A stretch of 64,000 nucleotides of DNA from Octopus sinensis. Its lineage: Eukaryota. Location of the stretch: NCBI RefSeq assembly GCF_006345805.1, contig NC_042998.1, positions 66,774,001-66,838,000 of the forward strand, read 5' to 3'. The position numbers and the translations under genes are program-made. Shown piece after piece: positions 25,998 through 37,700 of this stretch (position 1 is the first letter of the stretch; every line of letters starts with the position of its first letter). The notes beneath the pieces are model-generated. The model had not been told where the DNA came from and did not search any database. It saw only the letters and a list, made by a program, of their open reading frames with translations.

Positions 25998-26231
25998 CGG
26001 TTTTTTTGACTTTTTATTAAAATGTTATGTATTGATTAAGTCTTTCCTTGTTTGTTTTGCAAAATAGTGGTTTTGTCTCTAATAATATTATATAATATTT
26101 TACTATAAAATTGGATTTAATCCTAAATCTGATTTTTTCCCTGTAAATTTGGATTTATTCCCTAATATTTATTATTTTATTTAATATTGATAATTTTGTA
26201 TATTGAGTGTAATACCTCAATTTCGTAAATT

Positions 26232-26429
26232 ATGGATTTTACAGGTAAGATAGAACCGCTGTTTTGGGATTCATCTTTGAAAGATATTCCTATTCCTTCT
26301 AGAAAGGAATTTATCTTGAAACTTGTTAATAATGTTAAAGATTTTATTTCTAAGATTGGAAGTCCACCTGAAGATTGTCGATCAAGACAAGAAACAATTG
26401 TAGTGGCGGTTTTTTTGACTTTTTATTAA
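26232..26429 (+). CDS. 65-codon ORF: PLE ORF N-terminus (SLKDIPIPSRKEFILKL) read through the hammerhead; repeated identically at 26640-26837
   Basis: ORF track; the N-terminal motif resembles invertebrate PLE ORF starts (SxKxIPIPS). There is no evidence of translation. Confidence 0.35.
   Translation: MDFTGKIEPLFWDSSLKDIPIPSRKEFILKLVNNVKDFISKIGSPPEDCRSRQETIVVAVFLTFY
26364..26406 (+). ncRNA. Minimal type I hammerhead ribozyme, copy 2
   Basis: Identical to copy 1; predicted cleavage after 26402. Confidence 0.85.
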
Positions 26430-26771
26430 AATTTTATGTATTGATTAAGTCTTTCCTTGTTTGTTTTGCAAAATAGTGGTTTTGTCTCTAATAATATATA
26501 TAATATTTTACTATAAAATTGGATTTAATCCTAAATCTGATTTTTTCCCTGTAAATTTGGATTTATTCCCTAATATTTATTATTTTATTTAATATTGATA
26601 ATTTTGTATATTGAGTGTAATACCTCAATTTCGTAAATTATGGATTTTACAGGTAAGATAGAACCGCTGTTTTGGGATTCATCTTTGAAAGATATTCCTA
26701 TTCCTTCTAGAAAGGAATTTATCTTGAAACTTGTTAATAATGTTAAAGATTTTATTTCTAAGATTGGAAGT

Positions 26772-26814
26772 CCACCTGAAGATTGTCGATCAAGACAAGA
26801 AACAATTGTAGTGG
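26772..26814 (+). ncRNA. Minimal type I hammerhead ribozyme, copy 3
   Basis: Identical to copy 1; predicted cleavage after 26810. Confidence 0.85.
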
Positions 26815-27008
26815 CGGTTTTTTTGACTTTTTATTAAAATTTTATGTATTGATTAAGTCTTTCCTTGTTTGTTTTGCAAAATAGTGGTTTTGTCTCTAAT
26901 AATATTATATAATATTTTACTATAAAATTGGATTTAATCCTAAATCTGATTTTTTCCCTGTAAATTTGGATTTATTCCCTAATATTTATTATTATATATA
27001 TGTATATA

Positions 27009-27084
<76 letters not shown>

Positions 27085-27759
27085 TGCATCTATTGATGAT
27101 ATGAGTATAAAGACATATATGTGCATATCTATAGTTATATGTTTTTGTATGTGTGTGTATATAAGTATGTAAGTATATATGTATATACATATAAACATAT
27201 ACATTTCAACACGTTTTATTGAACACTGCATTTTATTAAACTTTTCACTCTTTTTTTTTCTTTTAATAACACATCACACTTTTTCAGATAATATTTCTCG
27301 ATGTGAAAACTGAAACATTTTTGTATGTATTAATTAATAATTCTTTTTAATCCGTCTTATTTGTGACAGCTAAATTATTTTATGAGGACATAAAAAATGT
27401 ATTTTATCTTTAATTGCGATTATAATAGAATAAATAAACGTTATGATTTTTTGATTTTATGTCTTTTTATGATTATACATCTTTTCAATAAGTTCTTGGC
27501 ATAATCGGTGTGTTTCTTGAAAGTCGCGCAATTGGTCACAAAATTGTTGTTTTGATGAACTTCGTAGTAATAATGGTATTTTATTTTATGCTACAGATAC
27601 TGCATGTAGAATTATTGTAAAATTGATTCCAGCTGTTCCCATTCCATGATATTTGCCACATCTATTTCTTTACCATTTAATACTACTATATATTTATATA
27701 TATATATATATAAAATTGGAGGGTAAGATTTTAGGTAGATTTAGCTACCATATATGTGT

Positions 27760-28070
27760 CGAATAAATACATGGCGAATCGCTCGTTGGCTCGAGTGTTG
27801 CAGTAGTCGTTCTGTCGACTGTCTTTAATGGATTTAATGGGAGCATAAATTCCATTCCAATGTGAAGCATTGTGGCTCCATTCCAATCAGATGGAAAAAT
27901 GAGTACTACCTGTATTTCAATGGGTCGACCTTCTGACATTCTGTCTGTGTTACGCTGAATTTTCCTGAGAATGATGGTAAGGGTATGCGTGACTGTCGAG
28001 TGTTTAGTCAGTTGATCTGATCAACTGGAACCCGCGTTGTCAGAACCATGGGCGTGCCAGTTAAATTTCA
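27760..28070 (+). mobile_element. Degenerate tRNA-type SINE with a different tail
   Basis: tRNA-like head and tail gttgatctgatcaactggaacccgcgttgtc..gtgcca, which I recall from octopus SINEs. Confidence 0.5.
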
Positions 28071-28183
28071 TTCACCGGCCCCTATCCCATCATGCTATTT
28101 TTCTAACACCTCTTTTCGCAAGCGTTTCTAAATTTTTGATGTCTACTACTTTTCACACAAAGTCTTCCAAACAGGTTTCAGCA

Positions 28184-28447
28184 AATGCTGCTGCCTACAA
28201 GGGGCCCAGTGATGATCTGTATAAGGGCCCAGTTGCTGTTGCCTACAGACGCACAAAGGTTGCAACCCACAATAGTTTAAATGCATCAGCAAACAAAGAG
28301 CCCAAACGCTATTGCCTATAAGGACCGAAATACCGTTGCCAAGAGCACCAAAATAACACTGCCAACAAGATTCTAAGCACTTCTGTCTACAAACGCCCAA
28401 ATGCTGTTGCCAACCAGTGTCCAAATGCTGCTACATACAAGGGCACA
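28184..28447 (+). repeat. Degenerate 24-bp minisatellite (~11 units, consensus aatgctgctgcctacaagggccca = NAAAYKGP)
   Basis: The units are visible directly and most keep one codon frame. Confidence 0.7.
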
Positions 28448-28908
28448 AGGAAAAGTGTATTTTTTCTTTGCTTCTTACCAGCTCAATAAAAGAATGTTCT
28501 GCAATAACTGAATTTAATAAAATGTGATATAAAATCCATAATGTCATTGTTGCTCTCCAACATAGTTTTCCACGGCCGGATTGTTTCTAATTGTGCCTCA
28601 GCTACTGACCACGCTCAAAGGCACAACATCTTCGTCAGCACATGAGCCGTTCCGAACACCACAGTCATTTACATCCTCCCTTATATATTTGGTATGCCTG
28701 AGGTCTCAGGTATTGCATCCAGATTGCTTGAAATTCTTTCGGATGCACCGATGACAAAAGGGAAAAAGTTTGACAGTTACATACAGAAAATGCATCAGGT
28801 AACACTCAAAATTTTACCTTTTGTAATCGGTTCACTCGGAATAATTTCAAAGAATCTTGATGCAATACCTGCGCCCTCAGGCGTACCTGATATTTAATAA
28901 TTATTGTT

Positions 28909-29300
28909 GAGATGGCAGAATCGTTAGCACGCAGAGCGAAATGCTTGGCGGTATTTCGTCTGCCGCTACGTTCTAAGTTCAAATTCCGCTGAGGTCGACT
29001 TTACCTTTCATCCTTTCGGAGTCGATTAAATAAGTACCAGTTACGCACTGAGGGCGGTATAATCGACTTAATTCGTTTGCCAGTCCTTGTTTGTCCTCTC
29101 TGTGTTTAGCCCCTTGTGGGTAGTAAAGAAATAGGTATTTCTTCCGTCGCTACGTTCTGAGTTCAAACTCCGCCGAGGCCGACATTGTCTTTCATCATTT
29201 CAGAGTCGATAAATTAAGTACCAGTGAAACACTAGGATCGATGTAATCGACTAGTCCCCTACCCCAAAATTTCAGACCTTGTTCCCTTAGTAGAAAAGAT
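28909..29300 (+). mobile_element. Two partial tandem copies of a third SINE family
   Basis: Repeated gctacgttctgagttcaaa..ccgc(t/c)gagg(t/c)cgac..tttcatc..tc(g/a)gagtcgat..aagtaccag; related fragments near 16660-16790 and 22960-23100. Confidence 0.7.
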
Positions 29301-29329
29301 TTTGTTTTTCTTAATCTCAGGTTTTGTTG

Positions 29330-29500
29330 TAACTCCTGGACTCTTGTAATGCATAGCGGGCTTGCTGCCTGCAGTCTACGGTACCATGGCGTCTGTTCTT
29401 TTCAACCGTCTAATACTTTCCTGATTATTCCGGCCATGCCAACGAGACAAAACTCTTGTAACACTCTGTTCCGATTTCATTTATATTCCACTTGATGCCA
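29330..29500 (-). mobile_element. R4/Dong-like 3'-terminal fragment
   Basis: Minus frame LQEFCLVGMAGIIRKVLDG*, similar to 1823-2060. Confidence 0.5.
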
Positions 29501-29541
29501 TCTCAGACTGTACCCAAGGACCTAACAATAACTACTACTAC

Positions 29542-29618
<77 letters not shown>

Positions 29619-29645
29619 TAGTAGTAGTAGTAGTAGTAGTAGTAG

Positions 29646-31328
29646 AATTCTGTAGTCTTATTTTCTCAAATGCTTTCGCTGCACTACCGAGCACTGCTCT
29701 GTGTGCCTTCGGTACGTGCTGTGGTTTGTTGTGATGCCCTTATTTTCACTGTATTGAAAGTGTTGTACATAGGATGTATGCTGTGCCTAGCAGTGTTATT
29801 TTCTGTATGTTATATATAGTTTTTAGTCCTGTTGTTTTTTGTTATGTATTTGTCTGAATGTTTATTTTTTTCTTTATCATACCTAATGCGCCTACTATAA
29901 CAGGCATTGTTTCTACTTTTACGCTCCACATTCGCGTTACCTCTATTTCCAGGTCTTTGTATTTTGAGAGTTTCTAGCTGTAAATAATCTCTAACACATT
30001 CGATGCGTTGCATATATAACCTTTATATGTCAGAATTTGGGTGATGCATCCTAAATTCTGTCATTATTTTTCTTGTTTTCATGTTTATTTTGATTAGTTA
30101 ATTAGAGTCCAGTTAAGAATATTGAATCTGTAAATTATATCTGGGATGGCTAGAGTACTGATACCTATTATTTTGTTTTTAGTATTGAGCTCTGTTTTTA
30201 GTGTTAATCTAAATTGTCTATAGTATTCCTTTCTTATCTCCTCTTTCATTTGTGCCTTGTATCGTATCTAGCTCATTGATTCCTAAGTATTTGTATGTCT
30301 GGCTCGAATTCTCTTATTCCATTTGCTTTATCTAGTGTGATGTTGTTACTCGTAACTAGTTTTCTTCTTTTCAAGGTTGCTTTGGCATATTTTTCTATGC
30401 CAAATTTCATGTTTATTTTTTTTGGTCAATTCATGTACTCACTGTAGCTGTTTATCATTTTTAGCATACAATTTTAGATCATCCAAATACATGAGATGGT
30501 TGATTGTTTTGCCGTAACATTTGTATCCACATCCAGCTCTATTTATCATGCCAGGTAAAGGTGTCAGTGCCAAGCAGAAAAGGAATGGTGTGCACATGTC
30601 ACCCTGGAATATTCTTCATCTAATGGAGATGGCTTTGGTTTTTATGAGTCCCTTTTTCGTCTGGAGCTGTAACACTGTTTGCCATTTATCCATGGAATGC
30701 TTTATATATTTTATGATTATTGGTGCTAACTTGTTCACGACAAGTGTTTCTAGGATCAATGTGTGAGGAATACAATCAAAAGCTCTTCGATAATCAATCT
30801 AAACCATACTAAGACCATTTTCCTTTTTCGGTTGTCTTCAGTTATGGCTTTATTGATCATTAGCTGATCTTCAATGCCATATGAGCCCTTGCAGCATCCC
30901 TTCTGCTCTTCTGGAAACAAGTTTGTTTCTTCCAGATATTTGCTCATTCTCTGCGATATTATTGTACTAAAGGCCTTGTAAATTGTAGGAAGACAAGTTA
31001 TCGTTTTGTAATTTTGTAGGTTTGCCGATTCAGTGGATTTGGGAATTAGGATAGTTTTCCTTTCTGTGCACCATTTAGGCGTTGTCACTGGTTCTGCTAG
31101 TATTTCATTACATTTCTCAGCCAGCCAGCGTTTTATGTGTTCCTGTTAGATATTTTACCAGAAGCTGGGGACCTTGTAGTGCCCAGGTGACTTCCAGTTG
31201 CTTAGTTTTTGCAGTGCCTAGATGACCTCTTCAATTTTTATGAGTCCAGACTTGTTCAGGTACCCTGTTTGTTATTTTGATAGATCTTCTCTGATGCTGT
31301 TCCTTCAGAGATCATATTTCTGTTTCGC
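29646..31328 (-). mobile_element. R4/Dong-like LINE RT fragment with internal deletion (family B)
   Basis: PKW..KTILIPK..NYKTITCLPTIYK..LFPEEQKGCCKGSYG..DQLMINKAI; jumps near 30000 to LSKYKDLEIE; 3' UTR matches 44120-44232. Confidence 0.85.
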
Positions 31329-31453
31329 TATTATTATCATCATCATCATCAGCAGCAGCAACAGCTGTATTATTATTATTATTATTATTATTGGTAGTAG
31401 TAGTAGTAGTAGTATTAGTAGTAGTAGTGGTGGTGGTGGTGGTGGTGGTGGTG

Positions 31454-31497
<44 letters not shown>

Positions 31498-32439
31498 TAG
31501 ATAACGATGATGACAAACGGATTCTAATGTATTTAACTATTCAACAATGTTTGAGGCGATTAATACTTTTTTGGTGCGTAAATCTATAATGTGTATATAC
31601 AAATTATACCATATTGTTCTACACAATCAAATTGATCTGAGACGTCATCCGCATATTAATTAATAGTTACAAAGAATAAAAATTGATGTTGGTCACAAAC
31701 TTAAATAACTTTTATACATTACCACCTCTCATTTTGTCTTTTTATGCTCAATGCATTAAATATGTTCTCACTCTCTTAATTATTAATTACCATGCATATG
31801 GTGTTTTAAAAGAGTTAACTGCTCATAAATGCGTTTACACTAAAGCAGCAAACATATATTTCTCTATCTTCATTTTACTATTCCATCACTAATTCAGACA
31901 CATCAAACATTGATATTACATTTTTGCTGAAGAATTCCAATGAGAATAAAATGAGTCTTGAGTTGTCTCCTTGAAGGACCCAGCTAACGCGATAATATTC
32001 TACAGCAACAAGTATCACTTTTCCTTCACGGCTATCTGATTTCATTGTTTTTGATGTTTGAAGTATTAAATGGGGGCTCACCACTTGATTGTCCATATAT
32101 CCTATACATCGAAGACACACACACAAACACATATATATATATTATATATATATATTATATATATATATATACACCTATTAATAAAATATAAACTACCATT
32201 AGCCTACATATTAATCTTACTGTCGGTGATTTTGTGGTCAAAAATCTGTTAGGTATAGTTAGCCAAAAACAAAGAAAAGATTAAATTCCTTATTAAAATC
32301 ATTCTTTGAGTGAAAACATTGCTCTCTTTAACATTATCGGAGTGCTAGAACGGTTGGGAAAACGTAAATTTATACAGTTCTATATGGAGGTCTGTTGTTC
32401 TTCTATAATCAAATTTTTGTAAATGAAAGCCCCTGGATT

Positions 32440-32690
32440 TTGTGAAACCTTTTAGAAAATCAGATATTAATATGATTGTGAATCCGTAACAATAATTCTC
32501 ATTTTTGATAACAAAAACAAATGATAAAAGAGGAAACTGTAGAGTTCTTCAATATCTCCATGGGAACGTAGGACGTGCCAGGAGAATAACATTATAGCGT
32601 TATATATTCTAGAGTTAGTGAGAAAGACATTTCCTGAAATCGATTGGGATCTACAACGAGATGATGATCTAAATTCTATCAAGAAAGTGT
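32440..32690 (+). mobile_element. Decayed Penelope-like RT fragment (GLYRDDGL-type)
   Basis: Across frameshifts: EFFNISMGT*D and IIALYILELVRKTFPEIDWDLQRDDDL, resembling the recalled FDVTMGSYDG..ELVGLYIL..GLYRDDGL motifs. Confidence 0.55.
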
Positions 32691-33151
32691 AATGATCATA
32701 TATAGGATACATTTTGGAAAAATCTGCCTACAACATTTCATGGGAAAAGACTTAGCATTACCACCGATATTAATCTCGTCGTCAAAATTATATACGTTCC
32801 GTTGAGATTAAATAACGATTGTTTTAGATCATACTATAAGGAAACTGAGAATTTAGCATAAACACAAAGGCAATCAAATCTTTAGCAATCAGATTATCGT
32901 CATCACACTATTAAACTAACAGCGGGACTTGAAGCTGTTACGTTAAGTTTTCTCTCAATGCAACAAATGAGCTTCTGTGAGAGGTTTAAAGAACTGAAGC
33001 TAAACATCCTGGATCGGAGAAAGATGTGCAAGGATATTTATAAATATGCCACATTTGAGTACATGAAAGATGTAGTGAAATATTTTTCAGTCAAGAAGTC
33101 ATAGTAAACTATTTAAAATTCCGATTTCAATATGATAGATCTTGACTGAGT

Positions 33152-33568
33152 TACTCTTTTTACTCTTTACTCTTTTACTTTAATTCAGTCATTTGACCTC
33201 GGTCATGCTGGAGCACCGCCTTTAGTCGAGCACATCGACCCCAGAACTTATTCTTTGTAAGCCTAGTACTTATTCTATAGAGCTCGTTTGCCGAACCGCT
33301 AAGTGACGGGGATGTAAACACGCCAGCATCTGCTATCATGCGATGTTGGGGGGACAAACATAGACACAAACACACACACACATACATATATAGATATATA
33401 TATATATACATATATACGACTGGCTTCTTTCAGTTTCCGTCTACCAAATCCACTCAGAAGGCTTTGGTCAGCCCGAGGCTATAGTAGAAACAATTGCCCA
33501 AGGTGCCACGCAGTGGGACTGAAGCCGAAACCATGTGGTTGGTAAGCAAGCTACTTACCACACAGCCA
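33152..33568 (-). mobile_element. Major SINE copy
   Basis: Reverse complement of the 11991-12362 consensus. Confidence 0.9.
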
Positions 33569-34474
33569 ATTGGATGATATCGTTGAATGATACTGAACAA
33601 TAAAATTCCAACCAATGTAGGGTTTTTATTAGAACACTTAAGGTATTTTGCTTGTCATTTCATTCACTGCTGAGCTATGGTATTAAAATTACCACTGAGT
33701 TATATAACAGCAACCAAGAAACTAGTGATTATCCTCGCTAAAGTTACAATATAATCATACAGAATGAATGAAATATGGAATATAAATCTAAGAATTTACT
33801 CAAAGACTCTACTAAATTAAGCTCTACCACACTCAAATATTTCTAACCAAATATTTTCTCAAGAACACAACAGATTACATGAGTCAAACAGTAAAATATT
33901 ATTATAAGTCTAGTGGGATAGAAATGTGAAAAGGTCATGAACTACTCTCAACGTATCAAGGGTGTAAAAAAATTAGCTTAAACCATAAAAAACGTTGTCA
34001 TAGAAATTATCACGTTCCTATCAATAATGTAACGGAGGTCATTCCCAGTGTTCTATTTAGTTAAACTTAATATCGTTAATAAAACTTCACCGTATAGCTG
34101 TTTGCATTTTAATGACTAAGTCTCTCTTACAAATATGTATATGTGGATGCGTGTGCGCGTGTAAATATATGTGTGTGTGAGGGTGTGTGTTTGAGGGTGT
34201 GTGTGCATACGTATATATATATATATATATATATATACGTGTACATACATATGTATATGTATATATACAAATATATATAGGTACATATATGAATATACAT
34301 ATGCATAAAGATGTGCATATATGTATTCATAAATATACATCAAAATAGCAGTATACTTATGCAAACATACATATGAGTGTGTGTAACTTTGTATATATAC
34401 ATACATATATATAAATATATATCGTAAATATGTAAAATATAATTTATCATACAATATGTTATATTATAAAGCGC

Positions 34475-34526
<52 letters not shown>

Positions 34527-34686
34527 CGCGTGCTTATGTAAGAGACCAAGTTGTACGTACGCCGCTATATTTTATATATAGAAAGTCCCGTTTTTATATT
34601 ATATATATATATATGTATAAAGAGAGAGAGAGAGAGATGCATTCAACCACACACACACGCATATACATTCACTCACAGACACACAC

Positions 34687-34761
<75 letters not shown>

Positions 34762-37700
34762 CACAGTTATACGCACATACAGAGAAAGTGAGATGGAGAG
34801 GAAGAGAGGGAGAGGAACTGAGAGAGATGGGGAGAAAGAAGAATTGAGAGACATAGGGGAGAGGGAGAGGGATTGAGAGAGAATGAGTGAGAGAGAGGGA
34901 GTGAGAAAGGGAGAGATGGAATGGGAGAGTTTCTTGTTTGCATTATCTCAAGAACAATTAACAGATTCTCATGCAGAAAGATGCAGCTCGGGGACTGTTA
35001 CCTACGTTGCTTTCCCGCATAATTCCTCGCCTTACAACCAATTACAGAGAAAATGAAATAAGGTGCATCTTGCACCTCACCCATTTTCGCCACTCTCATC
35101 TATCTCTTACATCTAAAATGTTTGGCAGTTAAGATATCTTCCATTTCAATTTCTACTTCCAAATATAGTTTCGAAATTTTGGAAGAAATTTGACACGATG
35201 AGGGGAACTCATTCTTTTAAACGCTTCCATCTTCTTGTTGTGCCTTTTTTTTTTTTCTTCAAAATTTCCCTTCGGAGAGGAGATCAGTTGACGTCTTTTC
35301 GCTGAAAGAAGTTCATGACCTGGTCTTCGTTATGGATGATTTTAGGATCTGTTACACATGAGACCAACCATTCAGTATAATTCTAGAAGTCAATGATCTG
35401 TGAACATTGAATACTTGCCTTCAAGACTATCTGACGGGAAATGTTGACTATAGAGCAGAGTATAATTTTTATTGCATCAGTTTAAAATCTGAAGACTTGA
35501 AGCAGCTGCATTTAAACATCCAACAGGTGGTGAGAGTGAGGAGAGATTCATTCATATAAATTATTTACAACCTTACCAGCTCCACGTCTAACGTTCTCTA
35601 TTTGAATAGCATTATATAAGACTGTACGTGATAGATATCTTGGCAAAATATCGTTAACACTCTGTCGTTATTTGTAGAAATATGGGGATGGAGAAAATTC
35701 TGTCTGTTTTTCTGATTTGTGCCTTGTTTTTTAAAGCGAATTATTTTCCCTATTTCTCTTAGTAATTTTTCCTGTTCAAAAGAATATTCCCTGAAAGCAC
35801 CTGTGCATCTTAAAATTAGATGTCATACACCTAGACCTCTATATTGTCGAGATTCTAATGCTATACTGAACAGACATGATGTTTATAATTTAACAAATTT
35901 GGGTACTGGTCATCCCTGTTAGTATTGCGATTACTATCATCACCACAATATTATTTCTTCTGTAAAACGTGGACTCTTACAACTCATTTATATTAGTTAT
36001 TGTTTCTGAGTTGGATGTTTGAGACTGGGAATTCAGTATTAATCTAATTCCGTTATTTTGTCGTTTAGGACTCTAAAAACTGAACCCAGTCATACGTGAC
36101 CAGGATTTCGGTCTTTGAATGACGTACGAACACTGGCCTAATAATAAGAAGGTATATACCAATAATTAATTATAAATAGTCTATATCTATCCATGTACAT
36201 ACGAAATTTGGAAAATTCCCAACAAAACGTGGTGTATCGGAAATGATACAGAATATTTAATGTTATCTTACTTCGCTGAATTCCGTTACTGTCATTATAG
36301 ATTCGCAATTCTCTGCTTGGGTTCCACTGAGGGCGATTTTTTTTACGATTAAAAGGTAAATGGTTTTGGGAACCTACTCAGGAAAATCTAGTTGAAAATC
36401 GGAAAATGTCTTTTCCTCATCCGGACACTTTAAGCTAACTTTATCTATCCTAATTTCCTTAATTTCGATGGTAAGGATATTCATTTTACATTTATGTTAG
36501 ACTGTTACTTATGCAATGAATTCTGTTGTATATAAGGTTAGAAAGTTTACTTAAAGTGTATTGGTAAAAGTCCTTTAGGGAATTTATTGATGGAGTAGAT
36601 ACCGTAACCAAAATTAGGGCAGTTTCTATCTTCAACGAATGGATCACTGGGAGAAAACAAAAGTTTAAATCCAAGTACTCGAGAAACTGGTTGTAATAGT
36701 AGCATAATTTATTTTGCTTCACCGATAAAAAAAAACGCCTAAACTCCATCAGATATAGTTGTTCATCTATTGTTCTATAACTTTTATAAAATTATATTTG
36801 ATGTTTATCTGTCAGATATCAGCTTCATGAAACAGACGTAAGAGTAACGTTCTCCTTGTGGTGATGTATTCCAAGTTTTAATTCTAAGTATATTTATTTA
36901 ATTCTAAGTATATTCAACTGACTGTATAATCATTTTCTACCTTCAGTCGTTTTTCTATATCAACACACCATACTTTAATTTACAACTGTTCATTTATTTC
37001 TCTGGTGAGTATGGAAATGCTAGTGCTTCAGTGACGAGGTCTAATAGCAGAATATAAGGAATTTGTCACCGTTCTGCAGATTTAATCAGTATCAGTTTCT
37101 ATAACGTTTACATCCCAATATTCTAAATGTTGATCTCATTTCAATAACGTGTGATTTTAGAGTTATCAGCATTTGCGCCGTCATCATTTCTAAGGTTTCA
37201 GCTAACGTTTCCTCTTGTTTTATTGTAATTAAAATATCTGCTTATTACATTAAAATGGTAGCACAGATTAAAGCAATTTTACAATATGGATGGCGGGCAG
37301 TTCCAGTTACTTTACACTCGGACATAAAATTTCAAGCCTAATTTGGAACTTTTGTAGCAAGAATTTTATATTTATACAAAGCACACTCATAGAAAACAGA
37401 CACACCAATAACGTATTTAGAATAATACAAATGTGATATAGTATATATTGAGAAACTTCTGGGATTTTTAGTATAAAGGATATAGAATTAGACATTGCAA
37501 GCACAATGCTGAAACCGAAAAGAGAAATATGCAACACATTTTTCAGTCTTAAAATGGTACTTATGTGTTAATTTATACGGTTGTTACACAACACGCTGGC
37601 CTGAAAGAATAATATGTTTATAATGATATTCATAACTTGTTCGTTTAGCTGCATGGGTGGAGGTTATTTCAATGTAAATTGAAATTAAAACTCTGATCAT

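Larger units (their letters stand above)
25836..26993 (+). mobile_element. Young PLE-derived tandem array (409- and 408-bp units plus a partial third) with inverted 5' arm; retrozyme-like
   Basis: Near-identical units, with aagtccac at 25951, 26360 and 26768; 25836-25950 is the reverse complement of 25980-26094; (TA)n on both flanks. Confidence 0.9.

Noticed and set aside
32467-32712. Minus-strand ORF with a PX-domain-like look (SWHVLRSHGDIEELYSFL)
   Set aside because: It is the antisense of a better-supported decayed PLE RT on the plus strand, and no downstream exon supports it.
36301-37010. Cluster of splice-like signals and small candidate exons on the + strand
   Set aside because: Intron lengths (28-30 nt) or phases are mostly incompatible, and no recognisable protein can be assembled.
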